A stretch of DNA of 64,000 nt from Candidatus Iainarchaeum sp. (GTDB lineage: Archaea; Iainarchaeota; Iainarchaeia; Iainarchaeales; 1-14-0-10-31-34): the NCBI GenBank assembly GCA_017609625.1, contig JAFCDN010000004.1, positions 948 through 64,947 on the forward strand, given 5' to 3'. Below are positions 28,030 to 37,400 of this stretch, one piece after another (the stretch's first letter is position 1; each line of letters starts with the position of its first letter). The notes under the pieces were generated by a model, which searched no databases, was not told the DNA's origin, and saw only the letters and a program-made list of their open reading frames with translations. A program made the position numbers and the translations under genes.

Positions 28030-28283
28030 TATTCCACTTTCTCTTTTCCTTTAAAAAAAAGCCAATGAAAGTATTTAAACCTTTACTTCAAAAACAAAAC
28101 AGTTTCTTTTCCAAACTTTTTTTTATTTTTCTTTCGTTTTTCTAACAAGGTTTTTTTCTGTTTTTCACTTTACTTAGTTTTTTGAACCGTTTTCTTTGAT
28201 TTTCTTCAACATAACACTGTTTTTGCCTTTTACTATTAAAATAAGTAGAAAATAGTTAAAAATACAAATATGTTAAATCATTA

Positions 28284-28760
28284 GTGAAGAAGATGCCTGC
28301 ACAAAGAGAAAGAGCTCTTGATAGAAAAAGATTTGAAAGGCTTAGGACCAGATTATTTAAAAAAAAAAAAAAAAAAAAGAATGCTACTGGGGAAAGAACT
28401 ATTAAAAGCTTCTTGCAGAGTCCAAGAGGGAAGACCTTTCTTAGAGGATTTAAAAGCAGTTTGCAAAGAAAAAAGAAGAAACTTCAAACAGAGAAACGTA
28501 AACTTGAAGAAGAATTAGCTCAATTATCTAAAAGACAGGGCGCATTAGAAGTTAGTAGAAACCTTCAGGATTCCGCTAAAAGGATTTCAGCAGATTTAAT
28601 ACAGCATCAAATAAAGATTTATGTTGTGGAAAGGAATTTTGCTTTAGTTAAAGGAAACCTGCCTGCTACAATGTCATATGAAATGCTTGCAAATGGATTA
28701 ATTGGCAGTCTCAAAGAAAAGGATCTTTTAAGGTTTCTTCCAAAAAGAAAGAGCAAATAA
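28284..28760 (+). CDS. hypothetical basic protein
   Basis: 158 aa; contains an A21 homopolymer (28360-28380) encoding KKKKKKK. Confidence 0.3.
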   Translation: MKKMPAQRERALDRKRFERLRTRLFKKKKKKKNATGERTIKSFLQSPRGKTFLRGFKSSLQRKKKKLQTEKRKLEEELAQLSKRQGALEVSRNLQDSAKRISADLIQHQIKIYVVERNFALVKGNLPATMSYEMLANGLIGSLKEKDLLRFLPKRKSK

Positions 28761-28932
28761 AGCGAAGTTTGGTTTCCAAACCCTAAAAGATTTTATTAAT
28801 CGAACGCGTAATAGATATAACAAAAAAATCCCAGATTTTTTTGCAGAATTTTCCCAATACCTAATTTTTCAGGGGCAGTGACCTCTATTAAAGTTTTTTA
28901 AGGCAAAAAAAGAGTATTATTAAGGGGAGTAA

Positions 28933-31900
28933 ATGGAAAAAACAGAATCTGTATTGGAAATGGAAGAAAATCCTTTTGTTTCAAAGTTTGAACAGTTTTT
29001 TTCACAGCAGTATAAGAAAAAAATTGAAAGATTAGCAGCAGCTTTTCCGGAAAAAAAATCTCTTGAAATAAATTTCAAAGACTTGGAAGAGTTTGATTTT
29101 GAACTTGCAGATTCTTTATTGGAAAAACCTGATTATATTATTGAAGCAGCAGAACTGGCTGTAAAAAATATTGATGTTCCGATTTTAGAGGAAGAAAAAT
29201 TCACTCCATTTGTAAGATTTTATAATTTACCAAAAGACAGCCAGCCTTTGCTTAGAGACATTGGTTCAGCGCATTTAGGAAAACTTATTTCAGTTGAAGG
29301 AGTTATAAGGCAAATCACAGAAGTTCTGCCAAGGCTGAGAGTAGCAAAATGGGAATGCAAAAGCTGCAGCAATACATATAAAATTTTTCAGGCTGGCTCT
29401 GTTCCAAGACCTCCGACAATCTGTGAATGCAAGCACAGAGATTTTCGTTTGATTGCAGAGTCAAGTGAATTCATTGACAGCCAAAAAATTGAGATTCAAG
29501 AACCATTAGAACATCTTAGAGGATCAGAACAGGCAGTGAATTTAGAGATTCATGCAACAAATGATTTAGTAAATAAAGTTTCTGCTGGAGACAGGACAAG
29601 AATCACCGGAATGCTTAGATTAAGAGCGCCAAAAGACAAGAAACTGGTTTTTACAAGATTTTTGGAAACAATTCATTTAGAGGAAACTGCAAGGGAATTT
29701 GAAGAAGTTGAAATAACAAAAGAAGAAGAAGGAGAAATAAGAGAACTTGCAGCAAATCCAAAAATTTATGATATGTTAACTCAAAGCATTGCGCCAGCAA
29801 TTTATGGTCATGAAAGAGTAAAAGAAGCAATTGTACTGCAGTTGTTTGGAGGAGTGAAAAAAAATCTTCCAGGAAAAGCAACTGTAAGAGGAAACATTCA
29901 TGTTCTTTTGGTAGGAGATCCAGGTGTTGCAAAATCTCAAATCTTAATGGCAGTGAATAACATTGCACCAAAATCAATTTATGTTGCAGGAAAAACTTCT
30001 TCTGGAGTTGGATTATGCGTTTCACCTGATTCAATGATTTTAAATGATAATGGATTCAAAGAGATTGGAAAGTTTGTAGAGGAAAGATTTGATGAAAGTA
30101 AAGCAATCAAAGAACATAAAGGAATACGCTACAATGAAATTTCTTTGGAAACAACTGCATTAAGTAATTCATTTAAAACAGAAAAAAAAGCTCTTTCAAA
30201 AATCTGGAGAATTAAAGCACCAAAAAAAATGGCAAAAATTTCTTTGCAGAGCGGAAAAACAATTGAATTAACTCCAAACACAAAGTTACTTAGAATAAAA
30301 AATGGAAAAGTTGAATGGATTAAATCAATAGAAATAGAAGAAGGAGATTTTGTTGCAAGCACAAGGAAACTTCCAGAAGGCTTAAATAAACCGCTTTATT
30401 CAGTTGAGATTTTAAAAGAAGACAAAAATGTCAGAATAAAAGATAATATTGCAGAATTTTTTACAAAAATAACAGACAAATTAAGCGAAAAACATGGAAG
30501 TATTCAGAATGTTGCAAAAAATTATAATCTGAAAAGAGACAATCTTTATTTCTGGCGCTCAAAAAAGCTTTACAAAGGAATTCCCCTGCATTTATTCTTC
30601 AAAATGGGTTCAGATGCAGGTTTTGAAACAAAACATCTTGCAAAACAGGTGAAAAATGTTTTCAACAGGTTTGGAAAAAATATTAAAATTCCAGAAACAT
30701 TAAACAACCAAAAACTTGCTTACCTTGCAGGACTTGTTTTTGGAGATGGAAGTGTTTATTTAACAAAAGAAAACCAAACAGGAATAAGATTTTATAATTC
30801 AGATAAAGAGTTGCTGAAAGAGTTTGATGAAATCATTTATGAATTGTTTGGATTGAAAGCAGAAAAGTTAAGTGAAGAAGGAAAAGTTCCAGGAAGAAGA
30901 ATAAATTCAATTGTTGTCTGGAAACTGTTAAGGGAATTTGGTTTAAGCAACAAAAAAACTGAAAATAAATTATCTCATTTCTGTACAGAACAAAGCAATG
31001 AATTAATAGCAGAAGTGTTAAAAGGATTGTTTGATACTGACGGATATACTTCAAAAAGCACTTCCCCGCATGTTGGCTTAACAACAGTAAGCAAAAAGCT
31101 TGCCCAAACAATCCATTTATCTTTGCTCAAATTTGGAATACAACCAAAATTAAGGGAAAGAAAAGTAAAAGGAAGAATATGCAAAGGAAAAAATATAACA
31201 GTAAAAAGCAAGCACAATCAATTTTTTGTAGAAATTCGAGGCAAGAATAATTTGGAATTGTTCAGTAAAGCAATAGGCTTTAAACTTGAAAGAAAAAATA
31301 ACACATTAAAAGAGATTATCGAGAAAATTCCAAAAAGCAACCCAAATATTGATATTGTCCCTGAAATTTCTCCACTGCTTAAGGAAATAAAAGCTAAATG
31401 GAGCTGGGCTTCTGGAAAAGTAAATCCAACACAAAAAATGCTGAAAAAACTTATTGAAAACAAAAACAACCCTTTACTTAAATCGCTTGCAGAAGCAAAT
31501 GTTGTGTGGGAAAAAGTGAAATTAAAAGAATACTTTAAACCAGAATATGAATTTGTTTATGATTTTACTGTTGAAAAATCACATAATTTTATTGCAAATG
31601 GAATTATTGTCCATAATACTGCAAGCGCACAAAAAGATGATTTTGGAGAAGGAGGCTGGACACTAAAAGCAGGCGCATTAGTTTTAGCAAGTGGAGGTTT
31701 GGCAAACATTGATGAATTTGATAAAATGGATAAAGACGACAGAAGCGCAATGCATGAAGCAATGGAACAGCAAATGGTTTCAGTTGCAAAAGCAGGAATT
31801 GTAACAAGATTTAAAACTGAAACTTCAATTCTTGCAGCTGCAAACCCAAAGTTTTCAAGGTTTGATCCATATGAACCTTTTATCAACCAGATTGATTTGC

Positions 31901-32631
31901 CTTCAACTCTTATTTCAAGGTTTGATTTGTTCTTCATGATCAAAGATGTGTTGGACAGAGTAAGAGATGAAGAAATCACTTCAAGCATTCTGAAAACCCA
32001 TAAAGCTGGAGAATTAATGATTCAGGAAAAAAACGCAGGAAAAAAAGAAACACAAGAAACAAAAGAACTAAAAGAATTAATCACTCCAGTAATTGATAAC
32101 GAACTGCTGAAAAAATATCTTTCTCTTGCAAGACAAAAAGTTTCTCCGGTTTTAAGTGAAGAAGCAATCAAAACTTTAACAGAATTTTATCTGAACTTAA
32201 GGGAAATGGGAAAAAAAGAAGGAAGCTATGCAGCTACCCATAGACAGCTTGAAGGGCTTATTAGAATGAGCGAAGCCAGTGCAAGAGTAAGGTTAAGCGA
32301 TAACGTGGAAAAAAGCGATGCAGAAAGAGCAACAAGACTGCTGAAAAACTCTTTGCAGGACGTAGTGACTGACCCTGAAACCGGAAGGATTGACATGGAC
32401 ATAATTGCAACAGGAACAACTCACTCTCATAGAACTGCAATAAGGAATGTCTTGAATATGATTAAACAGAAATCAAAAGAACAAGATTTAGTTCCAATCA
32501 TCGAAGTAATAGAAGAAGCAAAAACAATTGGACTGGAAAGAGACAAAGTCAGTGAAATAATTTCTGAATTGAAAAGAAAAGGAGAAATCTACGAAAAAAA
32601 GCACGGGTTTGTTTCTCCGGTGGAAAAGTAA
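28933..32631 (+). CDS. mcm: MCM replicative helicase with intein
   Basis: N-terminal Zn finger (CKSC...CECKHRD), Walker A GDPGVAKSQ, Walker B/arginine finger region (ALVLASGGLANIDEFDKMD...), winged-helix C-terminus; extein about 698 aa. Confidence 0.9.
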   Translation: MEKTESVLEMEENPFVSKFEQFFSQQYKKKIERLAAAFPEKKSLEINFKDLEEFDFELADSLLEKPDYIIEAAELAVKNIDVPILEEEKFTPFVRFYNLPKDSQPLLRDIGSAHLGKLISVEGVIRQITEVLPRLRVAKWECKSCSNTYKIFQAGSVPRPPTICECKHRDFRLIAESSEFIDSQKIEIQEPLEHLRGSEQAVNLEIHATNDLVNKVSAGDRTRITGMLRLRAPKDKKLVFTRFLETIHLEETAREFEEVEITKEEEGEIRELAANPKIYDMLTQSIAPAIYGHERVKEAIVLQLFGGVKKNLPGKATVRGNIHVLLVGDPGVAKSQILMAVNNIAPKSIYVAGKTSSGVGLCVSPDSMILNDNGFKEIGKFVEERFDESKAIKEHKGIRYNEISLETTALSNSFKTEKKALSKIWRIKAPKKMAKISLQSGKTIELTPNTKLLRIKNGKVEWIKSIEIEEGDFVASTRKLPEGLNKPLYSVEILKEDKNVRIKDNIAEFFTKITDKLSEKHGSIQNVAKNYNLKRDNLYFWRSKKLYKGIPLHLFFKMGSDAGFETKHLAKQVKNVFNRFGKNIKIPETLNNQKLAYLAGLVFGDGSVYLTKENQTGIRFYNSDKELLKEFDEIIYELFGLKAEKLSEEGKVPGRRINSIVVWKLLREFGLSNKKTENKLSHFCTEQSNELIAEVLKGLFDTDGYTSKSTSPHVGLTTVSKKLAQTIHLSLLKFGIQPKLRERKVKGRICKGKNITVKSKHNQFFVEIRGKNNLELFSKAIGFKLERKNNTLKEIIEKIPKSNPNIDIVPEISPLLKEIKAKWSWASGKVNPTQKMLKKLIENKNNPLLKSLAEANVVWEKVKLKEYFKPEYEFVYDFTVEKSHNFIANGIIVHNTASAQKDDFGEGGWTLKAGALVLASGGLANIDEFDKMDKDDRSAMHEAMEQQMVSVAKAGIVTRFKTETSILAAANPKFSRFDPYEPFINQIDLPSTLISRFDLFFMIKDVLDRVRDEEITSSILKTHKAGELMIQEKNAGKKETQETKELKELITPVIDNELLKKYLSLARQKVSPVLSEEAIKTLTEFYLNLREMGKKEGSYAATHRQLEGLIRMSEASARVRLSDNVEKSDAERATRLLKNSLQDVVTDPETGRIDMDIIATGTTHSHRTAIRNVLNMIKQKSKEQDLVPIIEVIEEAKTIGLERDKVSEIISELKRKGEIYEKKHGFVSPVEK
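30016..31617 (+). mobile_element. intein (534 aa) with LAGLIDADG homing endonuclease domain in MCM
   Basis: inserted after VAGKTSSGVGL|C; starts CVSPDSMILNDNG; LAGLIDADG-like motifs LAGLVFGDGSV and LKGLFDTDGY; ends IIVHN|T. Confidence 0.8.
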
Positions 32632-33360
32632 TTAGTTCAATAAATAGTCGCAAAAAAATTCTGGTTTTTTTAAAGCAAATATTTTGATTGAAGTAATGCC
32701 AGACCCTCTAACCGCTATAGCATTAATTTTATTACTTGGCTCGCACTGATAAAGAACCAAAAAATGTTGGTCTTCAGTGTTGTTTACTATTTTATTTCCT
32801 TTAACAAAGTCTTTGCATTTAAGTTCTGGTGGAAAGCTATCCTTCATAATGTGTGGAATCGAAGGTTCAGAATCAGCGAAATAAAGCGCAGAAGCTGGAG
32901 GGACAGCAGATAAATACGAAGAATCAGAAGGAGCTGAAGCTATTTTAGAATTTGAAATACAAGAAAAAGTATATTTTGATGATTCAAAATAACCATCTGG
33001 CATTAAAGTCACTCCTTGAAGAATAGGGGAATCTACTACTTTATTTTCAATTTGCCTGTAAAGAACTTCATCTGTTAAAATTCCTGGCCCAGCACAAGTA
33101 ACACCCCCCATTATTATAAAAACAATTGCAAGTAAACCAAAATAAGCAACTAACAAACCAAAAAGCAAGAGACTAATTTTATCCAAAACGGAAAAAAGGA
33201 GATGACTTTTGCTTTTGAGTTTTTCTCTAACAGATTTGATTCTAATAACTATAAACAATAAAACAATAGCAACTGCTATGAAAATCCACAAATTTTCAAT
33301 CAGCATTTCCATTGGCGGTTCTATTCTATACCACATATATGCTGCATCGCAACTTGTCAT
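32632..33360 (-). CDS. membrane/secreted hypothetical protein
   Basis: 242 aa; two N-terminal TM helices, then a Cys-containing extracellular-looking domain. Confidence 0.35.
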   Translation of the reverse strand: MTSCDAAYMWYRIEPPMEMLIENLWIFIAVAIVLLFIVIRIKSVREKLKSKSHLLFSVLDKISLLLFGLLVAYFGLLAIVFIIMGGVTCAGPGILTDEVLYRQIENKVVDSPILQGVTLMPDGYFESSKYTFSCISNSKIASAPSDSSYLSAVPPASALYFADSEPSIPHIMKDSFPPELKCKDFVKGNKIVNNTEDQHFLVLYQCEPSNKINAIAVRGSGITSIKIFALKKPEFFCDYLLN

Positions 33361-33420
33361 AGCAAAAATACTACTCTTAACTTAATAAAACTTACTAAGG
33401 TTTATTTTATGAGTGATTAA

Positions 33421-34254
33421 ATGAACAAAAATCTTCTCTTGCAGGTTCTGGCGATTTTTCTCGTAACACAAGTTATAGGATTATATGTTGGAACTGAATT
33501 GATTTCAATTGAATTAGAAAGACAAGGAATTGTAAATGACAATCCAGATGATCCGGTTAATTCAGTCGGATTGTTTGTTTATATCCTTGCTTTCACTGCA
33601 GTTTTATTAATAATACTGAAATTCTATAAAGGAGATTTATTATTTAAAGTTCTTGAATCCATTCTTGTTTTCCTGACATCATTGATTGTTTTTGGTTTTG
33701 TTTTTCCAGAAGAATTTGGTTTAATTGCATTGATTTTACCAGTGATTCTGGTTGTATCAAGATGGATTTTCAGAAAAAATTTATTGTTAAGAAATACTGC
33801 TTCAGTTTTAGCTGCAGCCGGAGCAGGGCCTTTAATTGGATATAATCTAGGAATAATTCCTGTTGCGTTGTTTTTGGTGATTCTTGCAGGCTATGATATT
33901 ATTGCAGTTTTTTACACCAAGCACATGGTTTCTCTGGCAAAAGGAATTACAAAAAAAAATCTTGCGTTTACTTTTGCTTTGCCAACAAAAGAACACCAGT
34001 TTGAATTAGGAACAGGCGACATGGTTATTCCTTTAGTGTTTGCAGTAAGCATTTTAGTTGAAACAACAAAAAACTTTTCTTTGGATTTTGCTTTAATTTC
34101 TCCTGCAATGGTTTTATGGGGCTCTTTGGTTGGACTGCTTTTAACAATTCATTACAGCTCAAAAAATGTCGGAAAAGCTCTTCCGGCTTTGCCTTTGCAG
34201 ACTGTGATAATGTTTGTAATGTTAGGGCTTTGTGTGCTGCTTGGGGTTTTTTAA
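33421..34254 (+). CDS. presenilin/signal-peptide-peptidase-like intramembrane aspartyl protease (putative)
   Basis: polytopic, 277 aa; YD motif (ILAGYDIIAVF), GxGD motif (LGTGDMVIP) and PAL motif (ALPALPL) in the order expected for the presenilin/SPP family. Confidence 0.55.
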   Translation: MNKNLLLQVLAIFLVTQVIGLYVGTELISIELERQGIVNDNPDDPVNSVGLFVYILAFTAVLLIILKFYKGDLLFKVLESILVFLTSLIVFGFVFPEEFGLIALILPVILVVSRWIFRKNLLLRNTASVLAAAGAGPLIGYNLGIIPVALFLVILAGYDIIAVFYTKHMVSLAKGITKKNLAFTFALPTKEHQFELGTGDMVIPLVFAVSILVETTKNFSLDFALISPAMVLWGSLVGLLLTIHYSSKNVGKALPALPLQTVIMFVMLGLCVLLGVF

Positions 34255-34742
34255 ATTAGCGAAGAAAAAAATTCCACTACTGTAACCCCTGCAAAAGCTA
34301 AAATTGAATATCGAAAAAATCTTCCAATAAAAACTGCTGGATAGAATTTTTTCAAATCATATTCCATCATGCCTGCAATAATTGAAATCAAATCAAAAGC
34401 AAAAGGAACAAAAGACATTAAGACAATAAAAGGAAAGCCCCATTGGGATATTTTTTTTGCAGAATCATCCACTTTATCCAATTGATTTCCAAACTTTTTT
34501 TCTACAACACTTCTTCCCCCTCTCCCCACAAAATATCCTGTGCTTTCTCCTATTGCTGCACCTAAAGCAGCAAAAAAAGCAATCAAAAAAGGATTAAATA
34601 TTCCAGTGGAAGAAACCAATATAATAACTGCATCCATTGGCAAAGGAAACAAAATTGTTGCATTTGCAATCAAAGAAGCAAGAAAAATTCCGATTAAACC
34701 ATAAGAATTAATCAAAGAATTGAAAACTGCTGTTAAATCCAT
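34251..34742 (-). CDS. DedA/TVP38-family membrane protein
   Basis: 163 aa; N-terminal pattern YGLIGIFLASLIANATILFPLPMDAVII typical of DedA/SNARE-associated proteins. Confidence 0.5.
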   Translation of the reverse strand: MDLTAVFNSLINSYGLIGIFLASLIANATILFPLPMDAVIILVSSTGIFNPFLIAFFAALGAAIGESTGYFVGRGGRSVVEKKFGNQLDKVDDSAKKISQWGFPFIVLMSFVPFAFDLISIIAGMMEYDLKKFYPAVFIGRFFRYSILAFAGVTVVEFFSSLI

Positions 34743-34797
34743 CTAAAACACTCTTTTCTACAAAGTATTAATATACTTTATTTTATTTAAATATTAG

Positions 34798-35220
34798 ATG
34801 GTTGAAGATACAATGAAATACGAAAAAATGCTTGACAGACTTTATTTAAGCCTTCCAGAGCAGACTAAAACAAAAGAAAGGTTTGAAATGCCTGAAGTAC
34901 ACAGCCATATTCAGGGTTCAAAAACTTTTATTAAAAACATTCAAACAGTGTTGAAATTAGTTCACAGGGAAACGCCTCATTTTGTGAAGTTCATTACAAA
35001 AGAACTTGCTGTTCCAGTAAGTGTAACAAAAGAAGGAACAATAGATATTACAGGAAAGTTTTCTGAAAGCAAAATCAGAAGCCTAACAGAAAATTATGTT
35101 AAACAATTTGTTTTATGCAAGGAATGCAGAAAACCCGATACAAAATTTATTGAAATGCACGGAGTTAAAATGCTGAAATGCGATGCCTGCGGAGCAGTTA
35201 CTCCATTAAAACAATTATAG
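34798..35220 (+). CDS. eif2b: translation initiation factor 2 beta subunit (aIF2-beta)
   Basis: 140 aa; core eIF2-beta/eIF5 domain and C-terminal Zn ribbon CKECRK...CDACG. Confidence 0.85.
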   Translation: MVEDTMKYEKMLDRLYLSLPEQTKTKERFEMPEVHSHIQGSKTFIKNIQTVLKLVHRETPHFVKFITKELAVPVSVTKEGTIDITGKFSESKIRSLTENYVKQFVLCKECRKPDTKFIEMHGVKMLKCDACGAVTPLKQL

Positions 35221-35228
35221 AGTGATGA

Positions 35229-35534
35229 ACTATTTTTTATAAAATCCATTCAATAAACCAGCAAAAAGTTCTTGCTGTATGTGATAAAGAACTTTTAGGA
35301 AAAGAAATAAGCAAAGAAATCGGATTTAAAGTCAGCCCTGAATTTTACGGAACAGAAAGAATAACTGAAGAAGAACTAAAAAAACTTTTCAAAGAAGTTG
35401 ATTCAGCAAACCTTGTCGGAGAAAAAAGTGTTTCAGTTGCACTTGAAGAAAAATTAGTTAAAGAAGAAAACATTACAAAAATAAATGATATTCCGCATAT
35501 TCAAATATATTTTATTAAAGGAGGGAATGAATGA
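35229..35534 (+). CDS. open reading frame (~100 codons) without canonical start, coupled to aIF1A
   Basis: stop-free frame from 35229 to a TGA at 35532-35534 that overlaps the aIF1A ATG (ATGA); no ATG/GTG/TTG in the first ~70 codons; encodes ...GKEISKEIGFKVSPEFYGTERITEEELKKLF... Confidence 0.3.
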   Translation, partial: TIFYKIHSINQQKVLAVCDKELLGKEISKEIGFKVSPEFYGTERITEEELKKLFKEVDSANLVGEKSVSVALEEKLVKEENITKINDIPHIQIYFIKGGNE

Positions 35535-35860
35535 AACCAGCACGATATCAAATGACTGAAGAAGAAGCAATAAGCAGGATTAGAATGCCAAAAAGAAAGG
35601 AATTAGAAATGTTTGCTATTGCAAGCCAAATGGTTGGCGGAGACAAAATAAAAGCAATAGCAGAAGACGGAATAGAAAGAGTCTGCAGAATTCCAGGAAA
35701 GTTAAGAAAAAGAGTATGGATCAGAGAAGGCGATTTGGTTATAATCAAATTATGGGATTTCCAGCCAAGTAAAGCAGACGTAATCTGGAGATATATTAAA
35801 GTCCAGACAAACCATCTAAGAAGAAAAGGTTTATTAGAAAAACTACAATTTGAAGACTGA
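35531..35860 (+). CDS. eif1a: translation initiation factor 1A (aIF1A)
   Basis: 109 aa; RIPGKLRKRVWIREGDLVII...KADVIWRY S1-like OB-fold signature. Confidence 0.9.
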   Translation: MKPARYQMTEEEAISRIRMPKRKELEMFAIASQMVGGDKIKAIAEDGIERVCRIPGKLRKRVWIREGDLVIIKLWDFQPSKADVIWRYIKVQTNHLRRKGLLEKLQFED

Positions 35861-35891
35861 TTACAACTTTTTAAGAAAAGGTTGAACAAAA

Positions 35892-35934
35892 GTTTTTGGC
35901 AACCTGCCTTTCAACCTTTTAAAAAAAGGTTGAA
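35892..35934. promoter_or_regulatory. conserved motif GTTTTTGGCAACCTGCCTTT plus 11-bp-arm palindrome TTCAACCTTTT-aaa-AAAAGGTTGAA
   Basis: intergenic between eif1a and rio1; flanked by direct repeats AAAAGGTTGAACAAAA (35877 and 35925). Confidence 0.4.
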
Positions 35935-35997
35935 CAAAATTTGGTTCAGCCCTTTTCCAAAGGGTTGTTTTAAAAAGGGCGGAAAAAGTGATTCTTA

Positions 35998-36771
35998 ATG
36001 CAAGAAGAAAATGATGAAGAAAAAAGACTGAAAAGGTTTCCTCAAAAAAAAGTTTCAAAAACTTTTGATAAAGTGTTTGACGAAGAAACACTTAACACAA
36101 TCCATAAAATAGCTACAGCCGGATTGATTGATTCTTTGGAGTATACAATTTCAACAGGAAAAGAAGCTTATGTTTTCCTTGCATTGGATAAAGCAGGAAA
36201 TTTTAGGGCAGTAAAAACATACAAAACACTTACATCCAAATTTCATAACATGCAGAAATACATTGAAGGAGATAAAAGATTCAAGAATGTGCCAAGAGAA
36301 AAAAAAGAAATCGTAAGGGAATGGACAAAAAAAGAATTCAAAAATTTAGAGAAGCTTTCAAATGCAAATGCTTCAGTTCCTTTTCCAATTGGATACAAAA
36401 ACAATGTTTTGGTTATGGAATTCATAGGAGAAAAAGGAAAAGCCTCAAAAACACTCAAAGAAGTCGGGGTGAAAAACCTTCAGCAGGCTTATGAAGAAAT
36501 TACGGAATTTATTGCAAAAAGCTTTTATCTTTCAGGACTTATTCATGCTGATTTAAGCGAATACAATATTTTAGTAAAAAAAGAGCAGGGAAAAGAAAAG
36601 CTTGTAGTGATTGATGTAGGGCAGGCAGTATTGAAATCTCATCCAAAAGCAGAAGAGTTTTTGAAAAGAGATTTACAGAACATCTCAAATTATTTCACAA
36701 AAAAAGGACTTGAAAAAAGCGAAGAAGAGCTGAGAAAAGACATCAGAAAGTGGAAAGAAAAACTTCTGTAA
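35998..36771 (+). CDS. rio1: RIO-type serine/threonine kinase (Rio1-like)
   Basis: ISTGKEAYVF glycine loop, LIHADLSEYNIL catalytic loop, VIDVGQAV metal-binding loop; 257 aa without the N-terminal wHTH of Rio2. Confidence 0.8.
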   Translation: MQEENDEEKRLKRFPQKKVSKTFDKVFDEETLNTIHKIATAGLIDSLEYTISTGKEAYVFLALDKAGNFRAVKTYKTLTSKFHNMQKYIEGDKRFKNVPREKKEIVREWTKKEFKNLEKLSNANASVPFPIGYKNNVLVMEFIGEKGKASKTLKEVGVKNLQQAYEEITEFIAKSFYLSGLIHADLSEYNILVKKEQGKEKLVVIDVGQAVLKSHPKAEEFLKRDLQNISNYFTKKGLEKSEEELRKDIRKWKEKLL

Positions 36772-36870
36772 AAGCAATGAGAATTAGAATAAAAAGCTTT
36801 CCAAACATAAATTATTAGAGGAAAAAACTGATTTCTAGTCCTATTTTAACAGAATTTTCAGGTTTTTAAC

Positions 36871-37389
36871 ATGCAAGAATACTTAAAGATTCCAAAGGAA
36901 AGAATCGCTGTTTTGATTGGAAAAAACGGCGAAACAAGAAAAGAAATTGAAAAGCTTACAAAAACAAAAATAGAAGTTGATTCAAAAACAGGCGATGTTG
37001 ATTTACAGGGAGAAAATGCAATAACTTTTTATATTTCACTTAACATAATTAAAGCTATTGCTCGGGGGTTTTCTCCGGCGCATGCTTTTACACTAAAAAA
37101 TGAAGATTATTTCTTTGAATCAATTGACTTAAAAGAAATGCTTGGAAAAAACGATAATTTAATCCAGCAAAAAAAAGGAAGAGTAATTGGAAGAAACGGA
37201 AAAACAAGAAAAGATATAGAAGAAAAAACAAATACTTTTGTTTCTGTTTATGGGAAAACAGTGAGCATCATAGGAAAAGCAGAAGAAATGGAAAAAGCAA
37301 AAAAAGTAATCGAAATGCTTTTAGAAGGGGCATCTCATTCAACAGCAGAAGCAGTATTAAAAGAAGGAGAAAAAGAAATTGAAATTTAA
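36871..37389 (+). CDS. double KH-domain RNA-binding protein (Dim2/Pno1-like)
   Basis: two KH GxxG motifs (IGKNGETRKEIE, IGRNGKTRKDIE); common neighbour of rio1 and eif1a in archaea. Confidence 0.7.
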   Translation: MQEYLKIPKERIAVLIGKNGETRKEIEKLTKTKIEVDSKTGDVDLQGENAITFYISLNIIKAIARGFSPAHAFTLKNEDYFFESIDLKEMLGKNDNLIQQKKGRVIGRNGKTRKDIEEKTNTFVSVYGKTVSIIGKAEEMEKAKKVIEMLLEGASHSTAEAVLKEGEKEIEI

Positions 37390-37400
37390 AAAGTGAGAGA

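Noticed and set aside
28040-28932. replication origin next to mcm
   Set aside because: No clear ORB-like repeated elements or an adjacent orc1/cdc6 gene were seen. Only a short GTTTGG-TTT-CCAAAC palindrome (28771-28785) and AT-rich sequence are present, which is not enough evidence.
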